The notes: a model not told the origin generated them from the letters alone. Counted from the stretch's first letter, positions 38,255 to 51,013 are shown. The stretch is DNA of 64,000 nt from Nitrospinales bacterium (GCA_965223345.1 CBDCWG010000012.1:1280001-1344000), one strand, 5' to 3'. A program made the numbers and translations.

Positions 38255-38444
38255 CGTTGGGTTCCTGCGAAATAGAAGCCGTGCCGCACGAGAATGTGAG
38301 CGTGCGGCGGCACAGCGGACGGTTTTGGGGATGCGACCCCATTATAGTAACGCAATGGGAGGAATTTGAGGGTTGTGAATTTAAATCCGTGGGGAAAACA
38401 ACGTGCGGGTCGAGGCGTGCGTGTGCGGTAAAGCCGGTTTGCAG

Positions 38445-38750
38445 TCAGTCCTTGAGTGCGGCTTTGACGGTGATGTCGCCGTACACTTTCGCCCGGCAAC
38501 CCAGCTTCTGGTTGGGGCCGACCTTGTGCAGTCTTTCGATGAAGGTGTGGGGATCGACGTTCTCGAAGGGTTCGACTTCGATCAGACAGGTGCCGCAGGC
38601 GCCCATGCCCCGGCAATTCAGATATTTATGCATGCCCTTGTAGATTTCGATGTCTTTGTAGGCGGCGGCCTGGCGGAGGTTCGCGCCGTAGCCCGCTTTG
38701 AAGGTGTTGGTTTCGCCTGTGTCTGCGTTGATGACGGTGATTTTGGGCAT
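38445..38750 (-). CDS. 2Fe-2S ferredoxin
   Basis: NCRGMGACGTC...LGC. Confidence 0.9.
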   Translation of the reverse strand: MPKITVINADTGETNTFKAGYGANLRQAAAYKDIEIYKGMHKYLNCRGMGACGTCLIEVEPFENVDPHTFIERLHKVGPNQKLGCRAKVYGDITVKAALKD

Positions 38751-38837
38751 GGGACTGTCTTTACAATGAGAACCGGGTTTGCGATTTAAGGAAAAATAAG
38801 GGGTTCATTTTCCACGCTGCGGGTGAAAAGTCAATCC

Positions 38838-40670
38838 TTAAATGGAGTAATTGTGGCCGGTCAGGATTTTCCGGCTCTTGAGATAGTCGTAGATTTTTTT
38901 CGCGGCGTCGCCCTGGTTTTTCACCTCCGCCGGCGTCAGCACCAGATCGGCGTTGCCGCCGGGTTCCGAAGCGTCGGACACCTCGATTTCGACCACCGGA
39001 TACGGCTCGGCCAGCAGCCGGATGTCCGCGTCCTCGTTCTGGTTGTAGGCGTTGGAGGTGGAGATGACCACGTGCCCCGCGTCGAGAAACAGTTTCGTCA
39101 CTTCGCCGAACCGGCGGATGGTTTCCTCGGTGGGCGGGCTCTCCGGGCCGCTGATCAGATCGGCGGAGACGCCGAGGCGCACGTTGCGCCGGTCGAGCAG
39201 GTAGCTCTGGAAATTCAGCTTGAACAGTTTTTCCTCCAGGTGGCGGGCGAGGTCGGCTTTGCCGACGCCGCTTTCCCCGGAGATGAGGATGAGCGCGGCG
39301 CGGTGGCCGTTGCGGTAGGCGCGTTCCTCGGATTTGATGTTGCTCTTAACCCAGTTGAAGTCGCGCAGGCGGACTTCGTCGCGCAGCTTGTCTTCCTTGT
39401 TCGAAGGCGTGTAGGTGATGATGATGCCGCCGCCGCAGACGTCGTAGTCGTCCACGATCACGAAGCGGCCGGTGGTGGCGCTGGTGCCGAACAGGTCGAA
39501 CACGACCGGGGTGCGTGTTTTGAGCGTCAACTCAGCCACGTCGTTTTTGGCGATGAAATCCTGATTGGGCAGCGTCTCCAGCGTCGAGGCGTCGATCACT
39601 TTCTTGAACTCCACCACCTCGCACTCCACCTCCTGGGTGGTCAGCTTGATGGTGTAGGTGCGCCCCTTTTCCAGATGGCGTTTGCCCATCCAGAACAGGT
39701 TGGCGTCGAAGGTGGTCGAGACGATGGGCGGCTGGTCCACGCGGGTGGCGATGTCGCCGCGCTCGACGAAGATCTGCTCATCCAGGGTGAAGCCGATCGA
39801 TTGCGACGAGCTGGCCTCTTTGGGCTGCTCGGGCACGCTCCAGGCCTCGATGCTGCGCACCACGCCCTTCTTGTTCGAGGGCGAGAACACCAGATGGTCG
39901 CCGACTTTCAGTTTGCCCGATTCGACGCGTCCGGCGATGATGCGCCGCTCGTCGAATTTGTAGACGTCCTGCACCGGAAAGCGGAAGGGCAGGTGGCTGG
40001 GCGGCAGGTGCTCCTCGAACTGATCCAGCATTTCCAGCACGGTCGGGCCCTTATACCAGGGCATCTCGTCCGCCCGTTTGGCGATGTTAACGCCCTGCTT
40101 GGCGGAGACCGGGATGAACTGCTTGGCTTCGATGTCGAAGGATTTCAAAAAATCGGTGTATTCGGATTTGATCCTGAAAAAGGTCTCCGGATCGTAGTTC
40201 ACCAGATCCATCTTGTTGACCACCACCGCGACCTGGGTGAGGCCCAGCAGCTTCAGGATGTAGCCGTGGCGGCGCGACTGCTCCTGCACGCCCTCGTAGG
40301 CGTCGATCAGCAGCAGGGCCGAGTCGGCGTTGGCGGCGCCGGTCACCATGTTCTTTAAAAATTCCTTGTGGCCCGGCGCGTCGATGATGACGTAAGGCCG
40401 CTTGGCGGTGCGGAAAAAGATCTGGCTGGTGTCGATGGTGATGCCCTGATCCTGTTCCTCTTCCAGCGCGTCGAGCAAAAACGCGAACTCGAAGGATTTG
40501 CCCTGGCGCTCGCAGATGTCCTTGATGAAGTCGAGCTTGCCGTCGGGCAGGCTGCCGGTGTCGGAAAGCAGCCGGCCCACGAGGGTCGATTTGCCGTGGT
40601 CCACGTGCCCGACGATGACCAGCCGCATCTGCCGCGCCGAAAGGGTGGGTTGGGTGCCGTTGCCGCTCAT
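38838..40670 (-). CDS. cysN: Sulfate adenylyltransferase large subunit with degenerate C-terminal APS-kinase-like domain
   Basis: [24 protein letters not shown]; follows cysD. Confidence 0.92.
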   Translation of the reverse strand: MSGNGTQPTLSARQMRLVIVGHVDHGKSTLVGRLLSDTGSLPDGKLDFIKDICERQGKSFEFAFLLDALEEEQDQGITIDTSQIFFRTAKRPYVIIDAPGHKEFLKNMVTGAANADSALLLIDAYEGVQEQSRRHGYILKLLGLTQVAVVVNKMDLVNYDPETFFRIKSEYTDFLKSFDIEAKQFIPVSAKQGVNIAKRADEMPWYKGPTVLEMLDQFEEHLPPSHLPFRFPVQDVYKFDERRIIAGRVESGKLKVGDHLVFSPSNKKGVVRSIEAWSVPEQPKEASSSQSIGFTLDEQIFVERGDIATRVDQPPIVSTTFDANLFWMGKRHLEKGRTYTIKLTTQEVECEVVEFKKVIDASTLETLPNQDFIAKNDVAELTLKTRTPVVFDLFGTSATTGRFVIVDDYDVCGGGIIITYTPSNKEDKLRDEVRLRDFNWVKSNIKSEERAYRNGHRAALILISGESGVGKADLARHLEEKLFKLNFQSYLLDRRNVRLGVSADLISGPESPPTEETIRRFGEVTKLFLDAGHVVISTSNAYNQNEDADIRLLAEPYPVVEIEVSDASEPGGNADLVLTPAEVKNQGDAAKKIYDYLKSRKILTGHNYSI

Positions 40671-41479
40671 CACATGTATCCCCGGGCGCGCAGTTTCTGC
40701 ATGGCGTAGGTGTCTTCCTGGTCCTGGGCGCGTCCGGACCGCTCGGAGGTCGTGGTCTTGTGCTTGAGTTCCTCGACGATCTCATCGACGTTCTTGGCGG
40801 TGGACTCGATCGAACCGGTGCAGGGCGCGCAGCCCAGTGAGCGGTAGCGCCGCCCTTCCGCGTTGGCAAAGTACAGGTCGATGATCGGGATTTTTTCACG
40901 CTGGATGTATTCCCAGACGTTGAGTTCGGTCCAGTGCAGAATCGGATGGATGCGGATGTGCGTGCCTTCCTTGAACGTGGTCTTAAACTGGTCCCACAGT
41001 TCGGGCGGCTGATCCTTGAAGTTCCATTCGAAATTCTTGTCGCGCGGCGAAAAATACCGTTCCTTGGCGCGCGTGCCTTCCTCGTCGCGGCGGATTCCCA
41101 GGATGAGGCCGGTGTAGTTTTTCTCGTCCATGACGGATTGCAGTCCCTGCGTCTTGAGGGCTTCGCAGCACACCATGCGGCCCATCTCGTGGTTCATGCC
41201 TTCGGCGAGCGCTTTTTTGTTCTGCCCCACCACCAGATTGAGCCCCCATTCCTTGGCCACGCGGTCGCGGTATTCGATCATCGCGGGGATCTTGTAGGAG
41301 GTGTCGATGTGCACCAGCGGGATGGGACAGTGCCCGAAGAACGCCTTGCGCGCCAGCCACACCAGCACGGTGGAATCCTTGCCGATGGACCAGAGCATGG
41401 CCAGGTTCTTGAAGTTCTTGTAGGCTTCGCGCAGGATGAAGATGCTTTGGTTTTCCAGTTCGTCAAGATGGTCGGTCAT
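40670..41479 (-). CDS. cysD: Sulfate adenylyltransferase small subunit
   Basis: [42 protein letters not shown]. Confidence 0.95.
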   Translation of the reverse strand: MTDHLDELENQSIFILREAYKNFKNLAMLWSIGKDSTVLVWLARKAFFGHCPIPLVHIDTSYKIPAMIEYRDRVAKEWGLNLVVGQNKKALAEGMNHEMGRMVCCEALKTQGLQSVMDEKNYTGLILGIRRDEEGTRAKERYFSPRDKNFEWNFKDQPPELWDQFKTTFKEGTHIRIHPILHWTELNVWEYIQREKIPIIDLYFANAEGRRYRSLGCAPCTGSIESTAKNVDEIVEELKHKTTTSERSGRAQDQEDTYAMQKLRARGYM

Positions 41480-41570
41480 CGTCGATACCGTTGAATTGTT
41501 TTCCAGAACGGCTCCACTGTAGCCTGTTGCGGCCGTGCGGGCAACCCTTTGATTGCGTCCGCCGCCGGCG

Positions 41571-43096
41571 TCAGGAATAGTCCCGCTGCAGCAGTTCCGG
41601 GAACCGGCAGTGCTGGCAGCTGTTCTGGTTCTGGGTGCAGAAATCCTGATAGATCTGCATGAGGCCCTGCATCTGCTTGTCGCTTTTGAGGGCTTTGATT
41701 TTGTCTTTGTCGTTTCCGAACACGTAGTGTTTCATGAAGCGCAGCAGCCGGTTGTCGCCTGTGGCTTTGCGGGACTGAAACAGCAGGTTGAATCCGGTTT
41801 CCAGCTCCAGGGATTTGGCGGCGCGTGCGTAGATCAACCCGATGGGCAGCGCCATGTTCACCGTGATTTCTGCGGAGCGGGCCGGACCGATCAACTGCTG
41901 TCCCTTCGCCAGTTTTTTGCCGCCGGGGGCGAGGTGGTCCGCCCAGTAGTCGTCCGCTTCAACGCAGAAAAAATCAGTGAGTTTCCCCGGAATCGAACCA
42001 TTATAACCTCTCGCCGCGAAAATGGAAAACGCCGATTTGAATTCGCGCAGCATCGCGGCGAACAGTCCCTCTTGCCGGTGACGCTCGATCAGGTGGGCGA
42101 GCCCGGCGATGCGCCGATAGGGCGAATTCGCGGGGCGGATACCGCCGAATTTCCACATGCCGAATTCCAGCGGCGACGCGGGCAGCCGCGCCCTGTGCGA
42201 CGCCCACAGGCGCTTGAGCGTGGAAAAATAGTTGCGGTCCGTTTCCGGCAACGATTCGGTGTCGAGGGATCGGAATTCGATCATCCCCGCCATCCCGAAC
42301 AACACCGCCTGCACAGGCAGCACCCGGCCGGACGTATCGTCCAGCGGCAAGGCGTGCAGCGCATCGAGCGGCGCCGACTCGGCCAGCCTGCGGAAGGGTT
42401 CCTTGTTGTTGGGGTAGCCCAGCGCTTCGGCGACGGCCTCGTAAAAGGTCTGCTCGTAGCCGTGCATGAGGATGCGGTCGTGGAAGCGGTCCATCTTGGT
42501 CTGGATGCGGGCGTCGCCGGCGGCGTCGAGAAGCTGCGCGACGCGTTCCGGGGTCAATCGGGAAAACGGCTCGTGACAGCGGCCGTACTGGGATTGATGA
42601 TCGGGCGGATAGTTTTCGAAATCCAGCTCGTCCTTGAGTTCGAGGATGCCCCTGGTCAGGTGACCCTTGAGTTCCAGCTCGAAGCGCGGCGAGGCCGCCC
42701 CGTCGTCCAGCAGTTGCCGGTTCGGGCTCTGCCACAAAAACACATGCAGGATCACCCGGTCGTAGTCCGGATCGTGCGCGTGCTGCAGCGCGTCCCAGTC
42801 TCCCGAATAGATGTGGATCTCCACGTCCCCTTCGTGGATGGCGTTTTCAACTTTTATTGCGGCGGATTTGAAATCCGGGCCCGGCCCGAAATTCCAGTAG
42901 CCGGGAAACAGGATTTCCAGCTTCTCTCCATTGGAAGTTTGCAGGGTCTTCGCGTTGAACAGCTGTTCGTTCCACACGCAGCGCACGGTTTTTTCCGGCA
43001 CGCGGATCTCGGGAAGACCGGCAACGGCGGTCACCCGGTTGAGGTCCTGCGTGAAAGCCCGGTAAGGATTGCCGGGGGCGGACTGCGGTGCGGGAA

Positions 43097-43100
<4 letters not shown>
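41571..43100 (-). CDS. DUF2851-like protein
   Basis: [48 protein letters not shown], terminal C-x5-CxxC; start overlaps cysS stop. Confidence 0.8.
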
Positions 43101-44539
<1,439 letters not shown>

Positions 44540-44573
44540 GGCGTCAAAGTAGCATTGTGTTTTCGGCAAAGTC

Positions 44574-44615
44574 AAAAAAAAGCAGGGGTTCGCGGCGAGC
44601 CGCCGCGTCTGCTTT
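44574..44615 (-). terminator. Intrinsic terminator after the TPR-cupredoxin gene
   Basis: On the minus strand, a GC-rich stem (AGCAG-CGCGGC...CGCCGCG-CTGCT) followed by a long T run. Confidence 0.55.
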
Positions 44616-44665
44616 CAAGGCCGTGAAGACGGCGTTTCCGGCCGGGTGGGATGGGGAAGCGCCGG

Positions 44666-46645
44666 TCACTCCTTTTCGAAATCCGGATTGAGGCGCGCTT
44701 CCAGTTCGCGCACGTTGTTGCGCAGCTGGCTGATCACGAATGCGGCCTTGTTTTTGAGGAATTCCTCCGTCACGTCCTCTTTTTTCACGCCGATGCCGGA
44801 GATGGCCTTGCGGATTTCGTCGAGCTTTTTTTCCAGCAGGATGCTGCGCCGGGGGCTGAAGCTTTTGGAGATGGCGCCCTTCAGGCCCTCGCCGTCGAAA
44901 TGCTTGGTGATGGCCATGAGCATGCGTTTTCTCGGGATCGATTTTTTCCCCTGCTTCCAGTCTTCGATGGCCTGATAGATTTCCTTTTCGATGTTGTCCA
45001 CGATGGCGTTGTAATCGGTCGGGTCCACCAGATCGTGGATCTCTCCCGGCTGGGAGCTGGATTCGATGGCGAAGTCGATGGTCTGGTCTTCGCCGTTCAA
45101 CTCCACCGGCTTGAGCTGTTTCTCCACCAGCGCGGGATCGAGGCCGGGATGCCACACCTGCAGCAGGTAACCCTGGCTTTTCACCTTGTCGAAGCTGTAC
45201 TCGCCTTTTTCGTTCGGCTCGGTGTAGTACCCGTTGGGGACGACGAAGATCGTTCCCAGCATGTCCTTGTGCATGTTGCAGCGCAGCACCACCGGACCGG
45301 CCTGGTTGAAGTCGATGGTTTTCGAGGAGCCGGCGGCCATCGCACCGAGGTTGAACTGGTTGTTGCGCGATTTCGAATAGATGTTGTGCACTTCCCGGTC
45401 CTGGTTGACGAACGTGACGGAAGAGCCCACCGTGACCACGGAATGCTGCGGGATGAATTGCAGGCCGCTCTGCACCACCTCGAGCTCTACGGTTTTCTGT
45501 TTGGGAACGCGCATCTTGTTTTTGGTTTCGAGAAACACCACCGAGGGCCGGGTGATGGGCTTGCCGTTGATCTGGATGACGCCCTTCAGGTTGGTGGTCT
45601 CCTTTTTCATGTTGGAGCCTTCCATCTTGTGGTCGGATCCTTCGACTTTCTTCTCTTCGATTTTGATCGGCTCCGGCTCGGACTCGGGTTCGGCCTTGGT
45701 TTCCTGGACGGGCTCGGGTTTTTCCGGTTCGGCTGCGGGCGTTTTTGGGGAGGGGTTGTGGCGGCCCAGCGCCGTCAGGAGCTGAATGACAAACGGTTTT
45801 TCAAAGGATTTGTCGATGGCGATGGCGCGCTCGAACGGGTCGGCCGCCGCCTCGTATTTCTTCTGCAGACCGAGCACGACGCCCAGATTGAAATGCGCCC
45901 AGCCGAAATCGGGGTTCAGCTCGATGGCCTTGCGGTAGCTCTGTTCCTCCTCGGCGTACATTTTTTTCTGGCCGTAACTTTTGCCCAGGTAATTGTGGGC
46001 GAGATAGTTGTCCGGTTCCAGTTCGATGGATTTTTTGAACAGGCGGATGGCTTCGTCCGAGTCGCGATCTTCCATGGCGGACATGCCCCAGTTGAACACG
46101 ATCTCCACATCGTTCGGCGCCAGCTCGTGCGCCCGCGCGAACTTTTTGCTCGCGCCCTTGAAACGTTTCTGCATGCGCAGCGCCGCGCCCCAGATCGAGT
46201 AGAGTTCCGGCGAATCGGGGCTGATCTTGGCGGCCTTTTCGAATTCGAGCGTGCCGGCGTTGAATTTCCCCTGTTCGGTCAGCTCCATGCCCTTGGAAAT
46301 GTGTTCCAGCGCTTCACGCGGCAGGTTCACGCCCGAAGGGGGCAGGGGCGCTGCGGCGGTCTGCACGGGCTCCGCGGTTTCCTCATCGTGCAGGTCGGCG
46401 AGGGTTTCGGAGCTGTCCGGTTCCTCAGCGTTTTCGGCCTTGTCGGCGGACGCTTCGGCGGCGGTCTTCTGAAACTTGGTGTAGGGTTCCAGCTGGCTGG
46501 ACGGGGCCGAATAGTACATCAGGGCCCAGGCGATGCCTGCGGTGATGGCGAACCAGAGCAAACCCCCGGCGAACCGCCGGGACGCTTTGCCCTGCGGCGG
46601 ATGTTTGGAATCGAATGATTTTCTGCTTTTCTTTGCGGAACCCAT
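44666..46645 (-). CDS. Membrane-anchored TPR protein with cupredoxin-like and carboxypeptidase-regulatory-like domains
   Basis: N-terminal TM, several TPRs, VHNIYS...CNMHKDM, GEYSF...VWHP. Confidence 0.8.
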   Translation of the reverse strand: MGSAKKSRKSFDSKHPPQGKASRRFAGGLLWFAITAGIAWALMYYSAPSSQLEPYTKFQKTAAEASADKAENAEEPDSSETLADLHDEETAEPVQTAAAPLPPSGVNLPREALEHISKGMELTEQGKFNAGTLEFEKAAKISPDSPELYSIWGAALRMQKRFKGASKKFARAHELAPNDVEIVFNWGMSAMEDRDSDEAIRLFKKSIELEPDNYLAHNYLGKSYGQKKMYAEEEQSYRKAIELNPDFGWAHFNLGVVLGLQKKYEAAADPFERAIAIDKSFEKPFVIQLLTALGRHNPSPKTPAAEPEKPEPVQETKAEPESEPEPIKIEEKKVEGSDHKMEGSNMKKETTNLKGVIQINGKPITRPSVVFLETKNKMRVPKQKTVELEVVQSGLQFIPQHSVVTVGSSVTFVNQDREVHNIYSKSRNNQFNLGAMAAGSSKTIDFNQAGPVVLRCNMHKDMLGTIFVVPNGYYTEPNEKGEYSFDKVKSQGYLLQVWHPGLDPALVEKQLKPVELNGEDQTIDFAIESSSQPGEIHDLVDPTDYNAIVDNIEKEIYQAIEDWKQGKKSIPRKRMLMAITKHFDGEGLKGAISKSFSPRRSILLEKKLDEIRKAISGIGVKKEDVTEEFLKNKAAFVISQLRNNVRELEARLNPDFEKE

Positions 46646-46806
46646 GAACGGTGACCTCTACGCACTGCGCTTGTCTGAAATCAGTTGAACGAACCTTAAA
46701 AGACCCCCGAAGCCTGCGCTTATTCCCGGCAGGCGGCGAATAACGCGAACCTGAGAAGACGTGCAGGCTTTCGAAAGGGTGAAGGGGACGATTTTTTTCT
46801 TTTCCG

Positions 46807-47058
46807 CTACAACTCGGACCGAAGCCTCGGAATCGGCAACTTGAAGATGTCCTTGTTGGGGTAGTCGGCCTCGGTGACGGGTTTTTTCTTGCTCGCGGCG
46901 GAGACTCCCTGGATTTTCGAGGAAAAGGTGGAAAATTTATGCGACACCCTCGAAGAACCGCATTCCGAACAGGTGGTTTCGTCTTTATTCACTGAGGCGG
47001 GCTGCAACAGCGTGAACTCCTGATCGCATTCTTCACAGTGGTATTCGTACAAGGGCAT
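46807..47058 (-). CDS. FmdB-family zinc ribbon protein
   Basis: MPLYEYHCEECDQEF...CSECGS. Confidence 0.88.
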   Translation of the reverse strand: MPLYEYHCEECDQEFTLLQPASVNKDETTCSECGSSRVSHKFSTFSSKIQGVSAASKKKPVTEADYPNKDIFKLPIPRLRSEL

Positions 47059-47225
47059 GGAGTGTTCTCAAACCTTTAGCAATTATCTGGTTGAAATCAT
47101 GAGAATATTAGGATTAAATCATAGCCCCAAACGGCCTGTCAATCGGATTTTCCCTCAGACGGCGGGCTTTCGGGGTATCTCTTGAATTCCTTTCAAACAA
47201 AGCGCTTACAAGTTCGAGGTGGGGT

Positions 47226-48404
47226 GTGGGACAGCCTGTCAAATCGTCCGAGAATGACCTCCTGAGCGCCCTCAGGGGCCGGTCCGGCTATCTGCCCTGC
47301 CAGATGATCGAGCAGGCCTATCTGGAAGGCTACATCCACGCCGAATCGCCGATATTTCAGACCCAGTTTCAGCCGGTCAGCCTCGATCTCAGATTAGGCG
47401 CCAAAGCCCACCGCATTCAGTGCAGTTTCCTGCCGGAAAACGAAACGGTGGAGAGCAAGCTCAAGGACGTGGCGCTGTACGATTTCGATCTGTTGGGCGG
47501 CGGTGGGGTGCTGGAGAAAGGCGCCATCTACCTCATTCCGCTTCTGGAAGAAGTGAGCTTCCCGCCTGAGCTGTTCGGCCTCGCCAATCCCAAAAGCTCC
47601 ACCGGGCGGCTGGACATGTTCACGCGCGTCATCGTGGACCACGGTCACCGGTTCGATGAAATTCCGCCGGGGCACCGGGGCAAGCTGTATCTGGAAATCA
47701 TCCCGCGTTCGTTTCCGGTCAGGGTGAAGGCCGGGTTGTCGCTCAACCAGCTGCGGGTGGGCAGCACCGCCCCGGTGACGCTGGAAAAACACAGCCTCGC
47801 CGAGGATTACAAAAACAGTCCCATCCTGTTCGACCGCGACGGTTCACAGATTCCGTTCGAGAACGTCAAGGTGGACAGCGGGTTGTTCCTCGGCGTCGAT
47901 CTGTGCGGCGAAAACGAAAACGACGTCATCGCCTACAAGGCGAAAACCAATTCCAACATCATCGACCTCGCCAAGACGAACTATTACGAGCCGCTGGAAT
48001 TCTGGGAACCGATTTACCGTTCGCGCAACCAGCGGCTGATTCTCGAGCCGGAAAGTTTTTACATCATGATGTCCAAGGAGAAGGTCTGCATCTGGCCGCA
48101 CCTGCTCGCCGAGATGGTGGCCTGGGAGCCGAACAGCGGCGAGCTGCGCACGCATTACGCGGGGTTTTTCGATCCGGGCTTCGGCTGGAACCAGACGGAC
48201 GCGCGGCACGATCAGGGGACCTGCGCGGTCATGGAAGTGCGGCCGCACGACGTGCCATTCATGGTGGAGGACGGACAGACGTTCTGCCGTTTGAAGTTCG
48301 AGCAGATGGTCGCAACGCCGGACAAGGTGTACGGCAAAAACATCGCGTCCCACTACCATTCCCAGGGCCTCGCGCTCAGCAAGTACTTCAAAGCCGATTC
48401 TTAA
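47226..48404 (+). CDS. dcd: dCTP deaminase, long two-domain type
   Basis: QPVSLDLRLG, ANPKSSTGRLD, ELRTHYAGFFDPGFG, EVRPHDVPF. Confidence 0.88.
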   Translation: MGQPVKSSENDLLSALRGRSGYLPCQMIEQAYLEGYIHAESPIFQTQFQPVSLDLRLGAKAHRIQCSFLPENETVESKLKDVALYDFDLLGGGGVLEKGAIYLIPLLEEVSFPPELFGLANPKSSTGRLDMFTRVIVDHGHRFDEIPPGHRGKLYLEIIPRSFPVRVKAGLSLNQLRVGSTAPVTLEKHSLAEDYKNSPILFDRDGSQIPFENVKVDSGLFLGVDLCGENENDVIAYKAKTNSNIIDLAKTNYYEPLEFWEPIYRSRNQRLILEPESFYIMMSKEKVCIWPHLLAEMVAWEPNSGELRTHYAGFFDPGFGWNQTDARHDQGTCAVMEVRPHDVPFMVEDGQTFCRLKFEQMVATPDKVYGKNIASHYHSQGLALSKYFKADS

Positions 48405-48531
48405 GACTTCCATTCCGGCGCGTCGTCCGGGAATTCCTTGTGCCACCCGATTGAAATTTTTATTTTTTGCAGCGCTTGGGGATTGTGGCGGATTGTATTA
48501 GAATGAACGGGAACGATGAGGGAGCCTGCCA

Positions 48532-49257
48532 TTGGAACGAGAACAACTCAAAGCGATCGTCGAAAACCTGCTCCTGGCCTCGGACATTCCGGTGAGCCCG
48601 GATGATTTGCAGCGCACGGTCTCCAACGCCACGGAAAAAGCCGAATGGCGTTCCATTCTCGAGGAACTGCAGGAGGAATACCAGGCGCGCAACCTGCAGG
48701 TCAACGAGGTCGCCGAGGGGTTTCAGCTCTGCACCCGTCACGAGTATTCGGAATGGATCCGCAAATTCCTCAAGATCGACAAATCGACCAAGTTGTCGCA
48801 GCCGAGCCTCGACACGCTCTCCATCATCGCCTACAAACAGCCGCTGACGCGGCAGGAGGTCGAGGACATCCGCGGCGTCGATTCCAGCGGCGTGATCAAG
48901 ACCCTGCTCGAGAAAAAGATCATCGGCCCGGCTGGCCGCAAGAAGGTCCCCGGACGGCCCATCATGTACCGGACCACGCGCAAGTTTCTGGAATATTTCG
49001 GCCTCAGGGACCTCGGCGACCTGCCCACGCTGGAGGATTTCAAGGAGGATCTGGCGGGCGAACTCGAAGGCGCTGCGCAGGAGGAGATCGGTTTTGCTGA
49101 AGCCGAGACGGAAAACGGCGCGTCCGGTGAGCCGGACGAGAACGCGCGCGAAGGGATGACGGAATCCGAATCCGCGCCGGTCGAGGTGGCGCTGGAAACC
49201 GGCGGCGAGGATGCGGACGCGCTGGCGGACGTCGAGGAACCGGATCGCACGGGATGA
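48532..49257 (+). CDS. scpB: SMC-Scp complex subunit ScpB
   Basis: TLSIIAYKQPLTRQEVEDIRGV, PGRPIMYRTT, FLEYFGL; acidic tail. Confidence 0.95.
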   Translation: MEREQLKAIVENLLLASDIPVSPDDLQRTVSNATEKAEWRSILEELQEEYQARNLQVNEVAEGFQLCTRHEYSEWIRKFLKIDKSTKLSQPSLDTLSIIAYKQPLTRQEVEDIRGVDSSGVIKTLLEKKIIGPAGRKKVPGRPIMYRTTRKFLEYFGLRDLGDLPTLEDFKEDLAGELEGAAQEEIGFAEAETENGASGEPDENAREGMTESESAPVEVALETGGEDADALADVEEPDRTG

Positions 49258-49278
49258 CGGCGCTGGGGTCGGATTGAG

Positions 49279-50019
49279 ATGAAACAGCGCCTGCACAAAA
49301 TCATCGCCCAGGCGGGGCTCGCTTCGCGCCGGGAAGCGGAACGGTGGATCGCGGAAGGCTTCATCCGGGTCAACAACCAGGTGGTCGTGACACCCGGCAC
49401 GATGGCGGATCCTGCGGTCGATAAAATCACAATCAAGGGGAAGCGGCTCCCCCCTCCGAGCAAGAAGGCCTACCTGATTTTAAACAAACCTCCAAGCTGC
49501 CTCACCACGACCGCCAAGGACGCGCGCGGGCGTAAAACGGTGATGGATTTCGTCGCCAAGGTGCCGGTGCGGGTGGTCCCTGTGGGAAGGCTGGATTTCA
49601 ACACGCAGGGCCTGTTGCTGTTCACCAACGACGGCAGCCTGTCGAAAAAACTGCTGGACCCGAAGTCGCAGGTCGAGCGCGTATACCAGGTGCGGGTGCG
49701 CGGCGTGCCGGATGAGAAAACGCTGCGCAAGCTCAGGCGCGGTGTGCGTCTCGACAACCGTCCCACCGCGCCCATCGACGCGAAGATCCAGCGGGTCACC
49801 GGAAAAAACGCGGTGCTGATCCTCAAGTTGACGGAGGGAAAATACCGCCATATCAAACGCGTGTGCGAAAAGATCGGCCATCCCGCGATCAAATTGAAGC
49901 GCACGCATTTCGCCCAGTTGAATCTTTCGGGACTGCCGCTCGGCAGCTGCCGGTTTCTGACTCCGAGAGAGATCAAATCCCTTTATGATTGCGTCGCTCC
50001 CAAAGCCCGCGCTTCCTGA
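49279..50019 (+). CDS. rluB: RsuA/RluB-family pseudouridine synthase
   Basis: RLHKIIAQAGLASRR, LNKP, VGRLDFNTQGLLL; follows scpB. Confidence 0.85.
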   Translation: MKQRLHKIIAQAGLASRREAERWIAEGFIRVNNQVVVTPGTMADPAVDKITIKGKRLPPPSKKAYLILNKPPSCLTTTAKDARGRKTVMDFVAKVPVRVVPVGRLDFNTQGLLLFTNDGSLSKKLLDPKSQVERVYQVRVRGVPDEKTLRKLRRGVRLDNRPTAPIDAKIQRVTGKNAVLILKLTEGKYRHIKRVCEKIGHPAIKLKRTHFAQLNLSGLPLGSCRFLTPREIKSLYDCVAPKARAS

Positions 50020-50026
50020 CTCCTAA

Positions 50027-51010
50027 ATGCTACGTTCCTCCATTGCAAAGTTGCTGGTCCCGATCCTGTTTTGCCTTTTCTCTCTTTCGGAGGTGCCCCG
50101 GGCGGCGGCCGAAGGACCGATCGCGTTGACGCACGAGGCGAGCGCCAAGGTTCCGGTCAAGAACAACAACTTCGTGACGGCGAGGAACCGGGCCGTGTCG
50201 ATGGCGCTGGAGTCGGCGCTGGAAGCGGCGTTCAAGGAGATGATGGGTGAGCAGAAGTTCGAGGCCAACCGCAAGCAGCTCAAACCGTTTTTGAAAAAAG
50301 CGGAGCGTTATGTGCAAAGCTACCGCTTCCTGGAAGCGTTCGACGATCCTTTGGAGAAAACCAGCGAGGTCTCGCTGGAGGTGACCCTGTTCCCCAATGC
50401 GGTGGGGCAGTCTCTGGGACAGCTCGGGGTGGCGGTCGGGCACGAGAGCGCGAAAAAAGTCATCGTGCTGATCCAGGAAAAAAGCTTCACCTCCACCGGG
50501 CAGGATTCGTTCTGGGAGGTGGTGCCGATCTCGGAAACGGCATTGATCGTGGCCCTGAGCGAAGCGGGGGTGCCGGTGGTGCCGCGCGAATCGGTGCAGA
50601 TCGCAGTGGACGAGGAAACCGTCCTGAGCGCGGTGCAGGGCAACATGGACGATGCGGTCAACGTCGGATTGAAAGCGGGCGCGGACATCGTGGTGCTCGG
50701 CAACGCCGCGTCCTCACAGACTCCGGTGGGCGGCGGGCAGGAACTCGACTCCATCCAGACCAACATTAGCGTGCGGGCGATCTCCGCACTGACCGCGACG
50801 GTGATCGCGGCGAAGAGCGACTTCGCTTCGGCGGAGCACGAAGACCCGCTGGCCGGCGAGCTGGAAGCCTTCGGCAAGGTCAGCGAACAGATCGCGGCGT
50901 TTCTGCTGCCTTCGATCCGCCGTTACTGGGAGCGGGGAGCCGCCCCCAAACCACCCACACCGGTGGCGCCGCAGACCGCTGCCCCGCCGCTGCCCATGAA
51001 CGACCTGTAA
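50027..51010 (+). CDS. Exported hypothetical protein
   Basis: Signal peptide; ARNRAVSMALESAL; GADIVVLG; loosely FlgT/CsgG-like. Confidence 0.7.
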   Translation: MLRSSIAKLLVPILFCLFSLSEVPRAAAEGPIALTHEASAKVPVKNNNFVTARNRAVSMALESALEAAFKEMMGEQKFEANRKQLKPFLKKAERYVQSYRFLEAFDDPLEKTSEVSLEVTLFPNAVGQSLGQLGVAVGHESAKKVIVLIQEKSFTSTGQDSFWEVVPISETALIVALSEAGVPVVPRESVQIAVDEETVLSAVQGNMDDAVNVGLKAGADIVVLGNAASSQTPVGGGQELDSIQTNISVRAISALTATVIAAKSDFASAEHEDPLAGELEAFGKVSEQIAAFLLPSIRRYWERGAAPKPPTPVAPQTAAPPLPMNDL

Positions 51011-51013
51011 ACG

